The notes under the pieces were generated by a model. The model was given only the letters and a program-made list of their open reading frames with translations, ran no database searches and had not been told where the DNA came from. From Ramazzottius varieornatus (taxonomy: Eukaryota; Animalia; Tardigrada): a stretch of DNA of 64,000 bases. The stretch spans positions 7,740,448 to 7,804,447 of the forward strand of contig BDGG01000002.1 in NCBI GenBank assembly GCA_001949185.1. The letters are read 5' to 3'. Numbering within the stretch: position 1 is the first letter of the stretch; the number at the start of each line of letters is the position of its first letter. Of this stretch, positions 34,698-48,658 are shown piece after piece. The position numbers and the translations under genes were made by a program.

Positions 34698-36710
34698 TTA
34701 GAACTGGCGCTGAAGACTTTCATAGTCGTCAAAGTCGATGACTATCCGGAAGGGATACACGGTATCCCGGTCGAGTGCCTCACCTTCGACGGCTTGGCGA
34801 AACAGCTGCGAGTGATTCGACGAACCTACCGCCTCGTTGAAGATCTCGGCTGACAGGACGAACTCGCGCCAGCCCACTGCCTCGGGAATCTCCAGGTAAT
34901 CGCCGGCTTCGCTGATATCCTGAAAAGACAAAGAAGCTTAAGCTAAGCGTAGACAGTCAGAAAAGTTCCATTACTACAATATGCAACACCCCCACTGTAA
35001 CACACCACATGATCCATCTCGCCATCTCCCTGCTGGCCATAGAATGAAATGTTCACGTAGCCTTCGTTGAAAGACTGCGTGGGGAAGCGGACTTGAAGAC
35101 TGCGAACCTGCAAGCCTGAAACCAAAAAAGGCTACACATAAATTTCCCAGCGAGAAGACTGAAAATCTTTCCTCTTGACATTCGTTCCATATTGTTTACA
35201 ATCATTTCGTTTTCGAATTTATTCTCAAAACTCGTTTCCGAATTCATCGGGCGGTGCTTTGTCAAAGCTTCATTCGGAAAGTTTCATTGATGGCTTTGTG
35301 GGGTTTCTCGTTCGCGTAATGCACCGAGCGCGTGATGAGGAAGTCATGCATACATTTCCGGGGACTCTGAGTCGTCTTTCAGGTTCGTAACGTCGTTACG
35401 ACCCTCGAAATCACCCATCACGTTCCGCATTTCTACGTCGCTTGATTAATATCACTACCAAGCCATGTCCCTAGCACGCTGGCAGCTGTTTTCTCATAAA
35501 CAGATCGCCGGAGTCGATAGACAACTAGTTTTGTCTATCTACTCCAACAGTCGTTTACGCAAGTGCCGGTCGTTATCGATCCCGAGCCGGCGCTTGCTAT
35601 TTTCAGAGTGCCGGTGCAACGAATACTTGGCGAGCCACGAGTTTTTCATTCCAAGACTCCAATGATGCTCAGTTTTCGAAACCAGACACCAGAACTGCAA
35701 CAAACGCTGAGCACCGTTAAAGCCACGAATGTCAAGTCTGCATGCCGCTCTTGCTTGCTTTACATAACAGAAATGCAGTATGCAAAATGGCTTCCTTACC
35801 GACGCGAGTCAGGTCGAACTTCCAGTCCACACGGGCATGGGAAGTGTCTGAAAACGGGTCACGGCCCAGGTACGCTATGTTCAGGTCCTCGTCGACAACA
35901 TGTTGCACGTTGTACTCGGCGTAAACCATCTTGCCGAACCCTGGAAAAGAAAAACAAACATTTGAGCAGATGTACAAGGTTCGAAAGTATCTTCGTGTCT
36001 GACTGCAGCGATTTCCGCGTTAAAACCAGAGCAGGCGAGTAAACAGGAAGTGCAACCCCAGAAACCCTGAAATACAGACAAAACAGCGCGGCCTTCAAGG
36101 TTTGAACCTTGGTTCTCCTGTCAACGAGGGGGACGGTCTGTGCACTGTGACGCCTCACTCCCAGGCACGTCTATAGCTTTTGTCACAAAGTCATACTTAA
36201 TTCCCTCGCACGCCACAAGACTACACAATAGTTAACAACGCCGCTGACCATAAACTAATCAAGACAAATGGGCCACAATCTCGCGGAATAGAAGTGTGGC
36301 CATATGGAGATTTTGCACATGATCATGGCACGGCCTCGATCACGTTCTTCGCGGAAACTGACTGTAACCGTGCCAACGTCTCCTGTATCGGCGCGACGGC
36401 GCCTCACCGGAATGACGCTTACCTTTAACTATTTTGTCCTCGTATTCATCCACGCGGACATACTGGTCCTTGACGGGACTGTAGAGAATCTCCATGCGTT
36501 TGTTCTGGTATTCGGACTTGGTAGGTTGGAAAACGAAGCCATTCAGGTTGGGGTAGCCCTTGCCTTTGCGCTGGGGAAATGGGGGCCCATAGGCTGCACA
36601 AACATAAACATTCACCATAATGCAAGGAACAAGAGGTGTATTGGACAGTCGTACAACTCAGAAAATAACAATAGGGACTTACGGAAATGCATTGCGTCCA
36701 GCGAGCTCAT
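34698..36710 (-). CDS. Stand-alone PAW-domain (PNGase C-terminal mannose-binding module) protein
   Basis: Five exons give GFVFQPTKSEYQNKRMEILYSPVKDQYVR / AYLGRD..VDWKFDL / LQVRSLQVRFPTQSF / FVLSAEI..HSQLFRQ..FRIVIDF, matching PAW motifs (Y..VKDRYVR, YLAR, WKF, HTQLFRQ). Confidence 0.8.
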
Positions 36711-38459
36711 TCTCTGGTAGTTGGGGGATCGGCTGCGGCTACGAGAACGGGCGGCTTCTTCGGCGGTGGCAGGTTGCAATAAACTACGGTCGAAAAGTGG
36801 TTGTAAGATTCCGGATGACTTGATACGGCATTAAATGATCGTTCGCAAAGCAAACATCTGGAGAAAACTCACACACTCTGCGGAAAATAACGCGGAATGA
36901 GAAGGTTTCGAGCACAATTTACCACGAGCTTATCGAAATGTGCTTGTTGAACCACTTTGATGCGTCACAAAGGCTGACACGAGCTAAAAGCGTGATCAGC
37001 TGATCGACCAACGATGTTTCTACCACACTTCCAGATCGGGCCGAAAGTGTTATTCACTCTTTCACTCCTTGCGCATTCAGTCAATCAAGCTACACGAACA
37101 ATATGTACGAGTGCCAGTTCCAGGTAGCAACTTCGACCTACACTTGTGGAGTAACCATCTCTAAAAGTTGCACTGAATGCACGCTTGGTACACGTGCTGG
37201 TGTGCAGCCTGTCAACTGCTTCAATCAATCAAGCTGTCTCTCGGTACAGAAATTCGTGGAAAATGCTGATTACATCACTTATGACGCATGACGTCAGCGC
37301 GTGCAAGTACAGTACTTCTTGACCATGACACCATTTGCAGACGGGACGTCTAAGGTTTGCTCTCAGTCATTTTGCTACTCGAGTTCTGTCGTTCGTACCT
37401 GTTCATGGTTGCCAGAGACAAAGGCCTTCGCAGGTGACCGATCGTGTGGCCAAATTGTGGAGGAGCCCGTAGCGATCCAGTGATATCCAACTTCTTCTGG
37501 AATAATTATGAGGCTTACTTGCGATTGACGTGGGCGGCACGCGGTGGAGGTCCCCGAAGGCAAACTGACGACGTTAGAATTAATCTGGATCCACCCTGTT
37601 GGAATCAAAATAGAATCTGCGGAATACTGTCAGGTGACCCGAGTACCAATGAAAATCTGCTCTGGTTTAAAAAAAGGGCACAGCAAGCCGGAAGAAGGAA
37701 GCTTCGGAAACTTTGCCTGACTTCTCCCCACTGTTCGTAGCACGCGAAAACCGTGATACCATACACAAGCTCTTGGTTTCATAATGTGAAGACTGAAGCT
37801 CGAGACATGCGTTAGGGTGTTTTTTCGTTGGCGAGCTTCCGCCCACGCTGCCGATCGAACTGCCAAGTCAAATTTATATTGATTTTATTCTGCGTATTCC
37901 ACGAAGGGACGCTTAGAGCCATAGCGATTTTCTTCGATCCGGCAGTCATACGTGAAGAGCCAGGTTGAGCCAAGCCAAGTAGACATATCGCCGAGTTCTC
38001 CATTAACATGCGTTGCTGCGGTCCGCGACCAGATCGAGCACGCAAGGGTGCTCAGAATCGACGAATCCGCGCCTCGGCGCACCGGCGGAGTTTTGTTTAG
38101 AAACTCGCTAAGGGTTGCTGAGTTATTTAAGGTTTAAAGTATTGTATTTTGTATTTTAAGGTTGATGTTTTAAAGCACAAACCTCGAGAATACAGTAAAA
38201 AAATTCAATACCAAAGTCGTAGACCCAGTGGAAACTCAGTGTATTCCGGTGGCGTCACCCCACGAGCCCATCATGAAGAATCCGTCGTATTGCGTGTCGT
38301 GTATGTCTGAAATGTTATATTAATGCTCTCAGTCTCACGTTTTTTGAAGCAGTGTCCCTCCCGCAGCTGTGCAGTGTCCACAATATCCGGATTCCTCCGT
38401 CGCTTCCACTTCAACTTGGGACGGACCCTTGGTTCCCGATCGTCAGATTCCCTAAACCC

Positions 38460-39830
38460 ATGGACGGCGTTGCAGCAGGTTTACCGGTAGATGACGCGTT
38501 AGCGAACATCCCACCGCCAGCCGGAAGTCCGTTTACTCTAGCCGAAATTACCGTACCATGTCCTCTTGGAGATGCTTCGCCACGTGGATATCATCAGCAA
38601 GACTCATCTATCCAGGTACTCGTACAAGCTCCAAAAGCTGCATGGGGGCTTCGAATGTTTTACAAGGTTGTTGAGTTAGTCCGTTTCCGGTCTGTCCGGA
38701 ATGATGGTCCAGCCAAAGTAAGCACTTGTTTTTCGATGACAGTGCCATAAAATAATCTGTTATAACACAAATATGTTAGGGTCGATGGTGGTGCGCGGGA
38801 AAACTTACGGCGTGAGCGCCGCTCTATCCATTACTCATCTAGATCTGGGTCCAGAGAATTTCGTTGATCGACGGGCTGGAAGACCGGCATGGACCTCAAA
38901 ATCGACTAGACGTGTGGTCGGTGTTCAAATCGTACAAGACGTAAGACTTTAACTCGGCCTTTCCGCGCCTTCAGTTTTCTGTCATGACAGAGTTTGGTCA
39001 TTAACCAGCCGAAATTTTCTATCTTTCTATGTAGGCCAGCTCAGTGTACTCCTTATGAAGAATTTCAGCCGCGCTTTGCAATAGAAGGAGCCATTTGAAA
39101 TTCGAACTTGGAGCAAGTGGGTTTGAAAGGGTATTGTTTCGTCATCACCACGCCATTATGGTTTTTTTGCCGACAGCCTGCGACGAACGCAAGAAAACAG
39201 AAGGACAGGGTGGTCGGGACTGGTATTATCCGTTACCGTTCGAGCAACGAACCTCGTGCTCTTCCGCATGGACGAAGAAGTGTTGCAGCTGGACATGGGG
39301 ATGAAGTCAAAAAGGAATAACGTCGTAGCGACCATGGTGAAACGCAATTTGGTGGTTGGGTGTTTTTCAGAAGAAAACGCAGGCGACCTCATGGCAGGAA
39401 TTCTTACTCTCCGCGATCGTATTGGGCGAAACAGTAGGAGGCAGTTATCAACTTATCAAAGGTAACTGAGACTCGGCAAATCATTTTCCCAAGTGGCGCA
39501 CACTGTCAGGAAATAACATCGAAAGCATACGCCGCTTGAGACGGTAATATGGTGTAATCATTTGCCGACTTTCCTGATTGAACACACGAGAGCACTGCTT
39601 TGGCCAGTTGATTTCTTGTTCATTTGACTAATTACATTGGTGACCCCCGTTCGTCTTTAGCATAAAACCAGAAATGCTCGATAGTGCCCTGGAGATCGAC
39701 CCCGGAAGTGGTGGATTGGGAAAAGCTGAAGACCACTACTATAAGAGCAATGTTTTCTCAATTGCAAGGCTCTGAGGATCAGTTCGTACCGTTCGAAGAT
39801 GCTGAATCCGATGCTGGTGATTTTAATTAT
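38460..39830 (+). CDS. Possible multi-exon hypothetical gene or relic
   Basis: ORF segments MDGVAAGLP..DGPAK and ..LFRMDEEVLQLD..STYQR bounded by GT-AG sites; frame continuity not resolved. Confidence 0.3.
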
Positions 39831-42258
39831 TGAAAACTTCTAAGACTTGTATTCTGATCACCTCTCTAGTTTTCCGCGGAAACATACAGTGAGTGTACAG
39901 ACGGGTTTTAGGTTGTTAATTTTTTCAGCAATGTGTAATTGTGAATTAGTTCTCTGCAGTATTTATTTTCCCATAAAGTGCATTCTGTTTTGTTGATGTC
40001 AAAATATTTCGCAGAGAATTTTTCGCTGTGCACTCTCCGTTTCATAACATGGTTCGCGATCGTTTAACAAATTACTAAAGGATAATTTGACAAGTTCTGT
40101 TTGTAATGGACGACTCAATAAATAATACTCCATTTAGGTCGAAATTATCGTCGGGAAAATTTGTGCCCTAGGGAAAATTACTTTGCCACATTTAGCGCAC
40201 AACTGGACGTCGGTCTCCACTAACTAGGCTAGCGTATAAGCTGGGAGACGACGGTCGGCCATTTACGCGGATAAGCCGGCACTGGACAAAGCACATATAA
40301 CAGTCGGCATATTGTGTTCCAACAGACTTTAATCCAGTCCTTAAGCTATTACAAGTAATTTACTGCTTTGTTTACCGAGCGTACGTATGTCCAGAGATGT
40401 GATCTTGCGAGAAAGTATAAAGCGTTATTACTGGAACTGAATTATCGTAGGATTCATAGGAATGCCGCGAGGGAGGTTACAAGGAGGAGCGATCAAGTGA
40501 AATATTTCAATAGGCAGTGCGGTTTCACTCTGTATCCGCTCATACGTTTTACTCCGTGGGGATTTGGTGTCGCAATCTCAATGCCATGCTGAGACCGACT
40601 AAGTTTGCTGACATTATTTTAATTATAGACTCAGATCGCGATCAAGCTCTGTCGTGTATGTATGTCCGCCTTTCGGTGCGTCCTTGAGGATGGGCATCTG
40701 TAACAATTGTGGCGGTCATCTGTTTGAATAAACGCGTCATGCTTACTCTGCTTTGGTGATAAGTTTTCACGTGGGCATAAGGACATGAGAGACTCTCATG
40801 TTTTGTTTGAAGTTCAGTCACTCCATCAACCCCCGAATATTTCGCGTTTGATCTCAAAACCCATCTGCTAACGTCCAAGGACTTCGGTAGGGTCCTCGGG
40901 CCCCGTGGTCCGAACTTCGACGCGGAATTGTTCCCTGACTAGTTGTCTCGACCGGCTGAGACCCTTTCTATTCAGGAATGGGAAAACTCCGTCATCGAAC
41001 TCTACGGTAAGAAATGGAACGGTAGCGAACGAATTTACCCAGCTGGTTTTCCAAAGTGGCGCACAGTCTCGGCCAACACAATAACAACGTGCGCCACTTG
41101 TGACAACGGAAGTGTTGTCACTTGCGGACGTCCCGAATTGTACGCTAGAAAATTTGTGTGAAAATATTTCAGCCTTCCCAATGGTAATATTGTTGTAACG
41201 CGTAAGTCCATTCGTATTTATTAAAATGGGGTTTTTCAACGGGAGGTTATTAGTCAAAGAGCTGGATGGCGTAGGCATTATTACATGCTTTTGATATTAG
41301 ATGGGATGGGCCTTTAGGGAATTCCTACTTGTAAATGTATGCTTGACGTTGATGAAGAGGATGAAAGGTGTTTTCGGCGTTGTCGCTATCAGATTGTGAC
41401 TGACATGTCTTACTTCAAAGTCAGTTGCATATGGCGCATGATGACTTGATAATTGCGGTGGGTCAAGTGGACATAATTGTCTGGATTCCAAAAGGGCTAA
41501 CGATGCTGGCCCAACGAGATGGTATTGTCAAACTGCCGAGCTTTACACTTGACTGCAAGCGGCTTGGACATGCGCTTGGAAATCCATCAGAAGCACTTTA
41601 AGATGGAGCGTTGATATCTGAATGGAAATTTCATCAGGAAGCGGGCGAGTACATAAGGACCGCCGACTGTCCATTCCCAAAACTCGAGTAGATTGAACTC
41701 TGAGTCCACTAGGTCCATCTTAACACGCTTGATTTAATGCTCGCTGGGGGGTTATCATACTTGTATTAAACCCAACTGCAAATAGCTCGTCCATATTTGC
41801 GGAAGACCTAGAAAGGAAACCCAGTTCGGCAACAGTCACAGTATACAGTATTATCGATAGCTCAACAATATTTCCATCAGAAATACAAGCCCATAATAAA
41901 TATGACGGACTTTCCATTATGGGAAACAAATTTTCGGAACTAATGCCCGCTTTTCGTCTAACCATACGTACGGAATGGGCCAGGTGGAACCAGTAAGGGG
42001 AAAGAGGCCAAGGAGATTTCTTTGGCGGTCTCGTTGTTGTGCGCAGTGACGTCTTGGTTGTAACGTTATATGATAACACGAACACATGATATGTTACACG
42101 CAGGTTGATTGGCGTGATGCTCTTGATTGAATGCTGTGATACCGCAGATAGATAGTCTGAACTTCTGAAGTTCCAAACTGCTGGTGCTGGATTCTTTATC
42201 CTCAAGTATTGCTTGTTCTTGCAGGACGTATGACGAGCTCGGAAGACCAGTGCGAACG

Positions 42259-45200
42259 ATGGAATCCTCCGAGAGCGAGGAGTCTGCGGATGGACAACCG
42301 GAGAAAGTTATTACCTCTAAACGCGCCAGCGGATCATCTGCAGCAATCTGGTGGCAGGCGTTATTTGTATTTGTTCTTTCGGTCGTTTGTTACATGAATG
42401 CAGCGGAATGCGATCTCGTCTTTGACGATATTTCGGCCGTGAGAGATAACAAAGATCTACGGCCGGCCAGTCCGCTGAAGAACCTGCTGTTCAACGATTT
42501 CTGGGGAACACCAATGTCCAAGGTAATCGGGCATCTTGGCCCCAAACGGTGAAAATTCTTCCATGTCTTTCTTTGCAGGAAAACAGTCACAAATCTTACC
42601 GGCCGTTTACTGTCTTAACGTTCCGCTGGAACTATGCTTTCGAAGAAGCAAATCCTTATGGATATCATGTGGTCAACATTGTTCTTCACGCTGTAAACAG
42701 CGTCGTGATTCTCAAGTAAGTTAAGAATTTTTGACCAGAATTTCAGTAGAGTCAAGTGGGCGGAGTTGTATCTGCGCATGTGCGCATCGTATCATTTGTA
42801 CTGTTGGTTACGTCATCGTAGACGCGCATTATAATGGCTAATCAGAAACGAGGGGCCTGGTTTTCTGTGTCTGACCACAGGTCGTCATGTTTTTCAGGCT
42901 TTACAGACTGTTTTTGACGTCGAGGGGCGCATTTGTTAGCGCCTTACTGTTTGCACTTCATCCCATTCACACCGAAGCGGTATGCACGATCACTATTGTA
43001 TTTGCTTGAGAAACCTTGAAGTTGTGTTGATCAACAAGCACTCGAGTAATCAATGGGCGATTGTTTGGATATAGGTTACGGGTGTTGTTGGACGCGCCGA
43101 GCTTTTGTCGACATTCTTCTCGGTGCTACTGTTCCTTCTGTATGCCGGCACTTCATTAACGAGTATGTTACTATTTACACCATGATGAAGTTGATGAGCT
43201 ATTCATCAATTATGTCCCATTTGTCCCACATTGAGTGATGCTTTCGGAAATGCTTGCGTTCATTATTGATTTTCTTCCGTTTCCTTCCGCAGGATGGAGA
43301 AGGACTGCTACGCTTCCTGCTCTACTCGGCTTGGCCCTCTTCAGCAAAGAACAAGGCATTACCGTCGTGGCTATCTGCCTTGCCTACGAAATTTTCTGTG
43401 AACAGCAAGTAAGCAGAAGACGAATGAATTCACTCAGATGGTTATCCTAAGTGGCGCACGTGGTCATTGTTATTAGCTGGGAGCGTGGGCCACTGGGAAG
43501 GACGATCTGCATGTATTCATCTGCCAACGTTCCAAATATCGATTAAAAAGAACTTCGGGAAAAAATATTGACAGAAATACGGTTGATCACAACGTCGATA
43601 ATTGTACAATTAAATTTCTGTTGACAGATGGACGTCAAAGAGTGCTTACTGACGCTAAAAGACATCTTCCGCGAGAAGCCGAAAACAAGTCCGGCAGTGG
43701 CGAAAACAGTGAAGCGAATGTCGGTTTTGTTCGTAGCATCGATACTTTTGATGTTATGGCGCATGAAGATAATGTCCGGTCAGCTTCCCGTCTTTACTCC
43801 CTTCGACAATCCGGCGTCGACTTCGACGTTTCCGGCCAGACAGCTGACTTATCTGTATCTTCTTCCGTTGAATGTTTACCTTCTTCTGTTTCCCAATGCT
43901 CTCCTCTGTGACTACACCATGGGGACCATTCCTTTGGTCGAGTCGATGTCGGATGTCAGGAACGTGGCGACATTGGCCTTTGTTGTCCTAACAGGCTGCC
44001 TGCTGTGGAAGGTGGTTACCTGTCGGAACGTGGCCGATCGATGCGTGCTAGTCATGTCCGGCGCGTGGACAGTCTTCCCTTTCCTCCCAGCCTCCAATTT
44101 ATTCTTTCCGGTGGGCTTTGTCGTGGCCGAGAGGGTCCTGTACATGCCCAGTATCGGCTTCTGTTTACTGATGGGATATGGATATCAGTCGGTAATGCGA
44201 TGTGTAACCACGCAGAAGCACGAACGGGTAGCGAGATACTTCTTCAATTTCACTGTCCTCATTTGCCTAATCGCCTTTGGAACCAGGACGTATGTCCGGA
44301 ATAAGGACTGGATATCCGAAGACACTCTCTTCCGTGCTGGTAAATCAATTCCAATTTTCCTCACAGATTTTCCTTGTCTTCAAATGTTTTTACCCTATTT
44401 TTTTCCCAATTAAGTATTCGTTAATTTGAGTCTATTGTTTCTAGTACGGCAAACGCACTCGACAAAATTAATATCCCAGGTGGCGCACGCTCGCATTGTT
44501 GTTGGCAGAAGCATGCGCCACTCGCAACCGCGATCTTGTCGAGTTTTCCCAAGTGGCGCAGGTGTTCATCTAACTGGCTGGAACCGTACGCCACTTGTGA
44601 GAGGGATTTTGTCGAGTTGGTTTTTCATCGTCATTTTATCGAGAATTTTTCGAAACTCAATTTTGGAGTTCAACTTCTGATTGAATTTTTTACCGTGACT
44701 AATTTCTCGGGGGTTTGCAGGTTTAAAAGTCACGCAGAAGAACGCCAAGGTTTTCAACAACATAGGCCATGTTCTGGAGAAAACCAAGAGCTTCGACGAA
44801 GCCTTGAAGTTTTTCACCAGTGCCACCAAAGTCCAGCCGGACGACATTGGTGCATGGAACAACGTAGGTCGCACCCTCAGCACGCTCAACCGGACCATCG
44901 AAGCTGAACTGGCATGGCGAAGGGCCAAAGACCTTCTGCCGCAACCGAAGCCCGGTCAGCCTTACCGCGCACGCATCGCTCCCGCCCACCTGAACGTCTT
45001 TCTCAACCTGGCCAACATCATGGCCAAGAACGCCACTAGGTTGGAAGAAGCTGATCAGATTTATAGACAGGCCATCAGTATGCGAGGGGACTATGTCGAA
45101 GCGTGGATTAACAGGGGAGATGTCTTGCTGAAGATGAACCGGACGGAAGAGGCGTTGAGGGTGTATCAGAGAGCGGCGGAAATCGACCCGACGAACCCGG

Positions 45201-46909
45201 ACATCTTCTACAACATGGCCATCGTGTATACTGAGCTTGGACAGTCGGGGAAAGCTCTGGAGTTCTTTAACAAAGCTCTCAAAATCAAACCGGACCATCA
45301 GGTATGAGTACAAATGGAATGGTTTTCTGATTTGGGAGCTCGACAAACGAACTCGACAAGATTTGTTTGTCAAGTGGCGCACATTTACAGCCAATAACAC
45401 CGAAAGCGCGCGCCACTTGGGTGAACAATCTTATTCTGATTGCCGAATTCTGATTTGTCTTTTTCATTTTCTCAAGGTGAATTTAATATATATTATATTT
45501 TTTGGGTGATGCTATAGGCACCCCTTGGAACCCCGTTTGGCTGTAGGCACCCTGGCTCAATGCATCAATTCAAACACCCCTTTAATGCGATATCACTATG
45601 GACACCCGTTTTTGAAATCCTTCGAAATTTTTTGGCCAGATGTACGCTTCGTTACAACCGAATGTACAGTAGTATCTTGACCACCTCACTGAGCCTGAAC
45701 AGCTGAACAGCGCGAATGATAGCCGGTGCAATTGAAACCGGAACATACTCGACGTGCGACCAGCGCCGTGGTCGAAGACCGAAAAACGAGTGGACGATAG
45801 TGGAACCTCAGCTGATTATTACAGTAGATGAAGCTGCCGCAATTCGAGTTAGGCTTAATAGCATGCTCGCCAATAGACCCATTGTGGGATGGAGCGCTTG
45901 ATAAAAACATGGTTTCTGCCTCTCAGTAAAGTTCGGGGTGTCAATAGCTATTTTCCGGATTAGGGGTTTCCTGATTAATAAATTAAGTAGGGGTGCCTTC
46001 AGCAAAACCGGAATTAAATAGGGGTTTTTAGGGGTGCCCATAGCCAAACAGGGTTTTTCAGGGGTGCCTATAGCCATTTCCTAATTTTTTTCACAGTTGG
46101 CATTATTGAATTCGGCGGTCTTGATGACAGAAGCCAAGCAGCCTAGCTTCCATAACGAAGCTGAACAGAGGTATGTTCTAAGAAACGAAATCTGCGGTAT
46201 CCTCTCTGAAGTTCTTCTTTGATTAAAATTCTTGTTGTAGGTTGCAGTCGGTATTGAAGTCAGATGGCGACGCTAACGCTAACGCGTACTTTCAAATGGG
46301 TTTACTCATGATGGACCGGAATGATCCTGAAAGAGCCGAAGAGTACTTTGTTCGGACCATCGAGCTACGTAAGGACCACAAGAGCGCCCTGTTCAACGTG
46401 GCGCTGTTGAGGAACCAGAAAGACCTACCGGAAGAAGCTCTGCACTTCCTACGATCCCTACTACGGGTATGTCAGCATCGCACCTAGAGTACGGAAAACG
46501 AGTCTAACCTTCCACTCTGCTCACAGTATTACCCTGATCATGTCAAGGGATGGATTCTGGTGGGCGACATATGCATCAACCGCTTGAAAGATTACCCGGA
46601 AGCTGAGAAGGTTTGCAACCGGAAGTCTAAGTACTTTATCAAGTGTGGGCTGAGAGGTTATCTTGCTACTTTTAGGCCTATCGGGAGGTTTTAGCGGTTG
46701 AGCCAGAAAACTTCCAAGCCTTTCACAACCTGTGTGTGACGCTGATAGAACAGGACAAACTGGGAGAAGCGGATCAGTGTATGCTGGACCTCGCCGACTT
46801 GATGCAGAATGATCCAAACTACCTAGCGACTCACTGGAGGACCATCTACGACCGCTTGCATAAGCGGAAGTTGGCAGCAGAGAACGGCGCTGTACCTCTC
46901 TTTAAGTAG
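42259..46909 (+). CDS. TMTC3: Protein O-mannosyltransferase TMTC3
   Basis: [84 protein letters not shown], and TMTC3-type TPR region [31 protein letters not shown]. Confidence 0.93.
44455..44620. repeat. Two tandem hairpin repeat copies in a TMTC3 intron
   Basis: CCCAGGTGGCGCAC..TGCGCCACT and TTTTCCCAAGTGGCGCA..CGCCACTTG. Confidence 0.8.
45504..46081. mobile_element. Non-autonomous TIR element in a TMTC3 intron
   Basis: GCTATAGGCACCCC..GTTTGGCT at left pairs with AGCCAAAC..GGGGTGCCTATAGC at right; similar 9-nt T-rich flanks. Confidence 0.6.
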
Positions 46910-48387
46910 CGCTAGTTCGATGTTTAATCGTCATGAACCAGAATGAATCTTTTGATACGTTTTGCCTTTCTACTTCTGTGATACCTTTTTGTTGCTTGTA
47001 CTGATGGGAGTTATTAGCCATATCTCCGCGACGTTTCCCGGTGTTAATCTGTTATTCTTACCTTCACTTCTTGGTTGCGCAAACTATCGGTTTTACTTTT
47101 TCTTTGGCCGTGTTTCGTTTGTACGGAAAAAACTGTTATTGCAGGCCAGTAAGGCAGAAGAACGGTAGACGATCACGGAGGCGCTAAGAGCAGTATCATT
47201 CGTTCAAGTCTTCGTCATCAGCCGGTTCGGACGGATGCATGCAATCGAGACACCTCTGACATTTGGGCGCTCTCATTTCGGCGAACCTCGCGAAGAGACG
47301 CCCCAAAAAGTCAGCCTCCGTCGTGTCCAGGTATCTGTCGCCACACCTCACGGACGACGGGGAAGTAACGGTAGTATACCAGTGCATCTTGCTGAAACGA
47401 ATCGAAAGGTCAGTACTGCTGTACCATATATAGAAAACCAGCAAGCTCGGTCGCGTTGGAGCCAAAGGCGCATGCGAAGAATATTATGAGATGGGACATC
47501 GGTAGATGGTTTCACCCAGATCGCTTTTCCAAGTGGCGCACGCTGGCATTGCTATTGGCGGAGAGCGCCACTTAAGTGAACGATCTGGATGAAATCATTT
47601 GCCGATGTCCCAACCATGCTTACAGTTCTCGGAGCCTTGGACAAAATAGGTTCGACCTCTTCGCGTTACCGTTGGCCTCTTGAATGTTTCGGATTCATCC
47701 ACCTGGTCATCAACCACTGATCCTGATGCACCTTGAAAGGCCACAGTACCAGATCTCGCACCTCCCTAAAGACTCGAAAAACCAACGTTGTGCGTTGATT
47801 CTCATTCTCCCATCCGGTGTGACAATCTTTGCCATCTCGGCGTCAACTGCCAGTCGGGGAACCTTGTGCCGGACCTTGCAGAGTCCACTCACATCCCAGG
47901 GTGGATCAAACAAATACAGTAACTCATGCCGAACTGTATGGACTGGACAGACTGCTTGCCGGCTGGCAAGCCGATATAGACGCCCAAGTGTCCATGTAGA
48001 GCTTCAAACGCTGATTTCTGTTGCAATCCAAAGTCAATGCGTTCACTCTTCACTGAAATGGTCTTCGCAATGCCAACACAGAAAATCCCGACCATATCAG
48101 TGTCGAACGAGAAAAGAGTCCGACGGAAAGGCGAAGAGCAATGTTTGGTGCTGCAACAGTGCGGAACAACGGTGTATGCTGTACAGTATAAGGTGCATAC
48201 TACAAGCGGTCGTGGTCACGTCGACTGAACTGATTTGACGACAAGGGAATTATGGATCATAAGCCATTGCTACCTGTTCGAATTCAGCGGAAATTTAAGT
48301 GACAGATTAACTACTTATGTTTATGTTGGCTAATTTCCTTGTCGCTTTTACCCGCACAACCAGGGCCGACGCGCTCTATATCGAATG

Positions 48388-48658
48388 TAGTGATGTTGGC
48401 ATAAGCAAATCCGAACCTAATATAATTTTAATATAATATCGACCCTCCCGGTCGAATCTAATTTAATATAATTTAATAATATTTATTATATTAAGTCGTT
48501 TTTGCACCTATATTAGCCAAAGTAGGCCATTTTGCACCTAATTTAATGTTGACTTGATAATTTTTTCCATCTAATAAAAATTAATATAATATATTGGATG
48601 ACAGAAGTATCTAATATTGCCTATTTTAATATAATATAGACATATGCCAACATCACTT
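48388..48658. mobile_element. hAT-type MITE
   Basis: TIRs TAGTGATGTTGGCATA / TATGCCAACATCACT, AT-rich interior, 8-bp TSD ATCGAATG/ATCGAGTG (1 mismatch). Confidence 0.75.

Noticed and set aside
36090-36180. tRNA or SINE suggested by B-box-like GGTTCAAACC on the minus strand
   Set aside because: No convincing cloverleaf or A box could be built.
37100-38140. Upstream PNGase catalytic exons for the PAW gene
   Set aside because: No CxxC zinc motifs or GRCGEW core seen in the frames inspected.
40640-41900. Possible spliced gene around the hairpin copy at 41048
   Set aside because: Some splice signals are present but no continuous frame or recognisable product.
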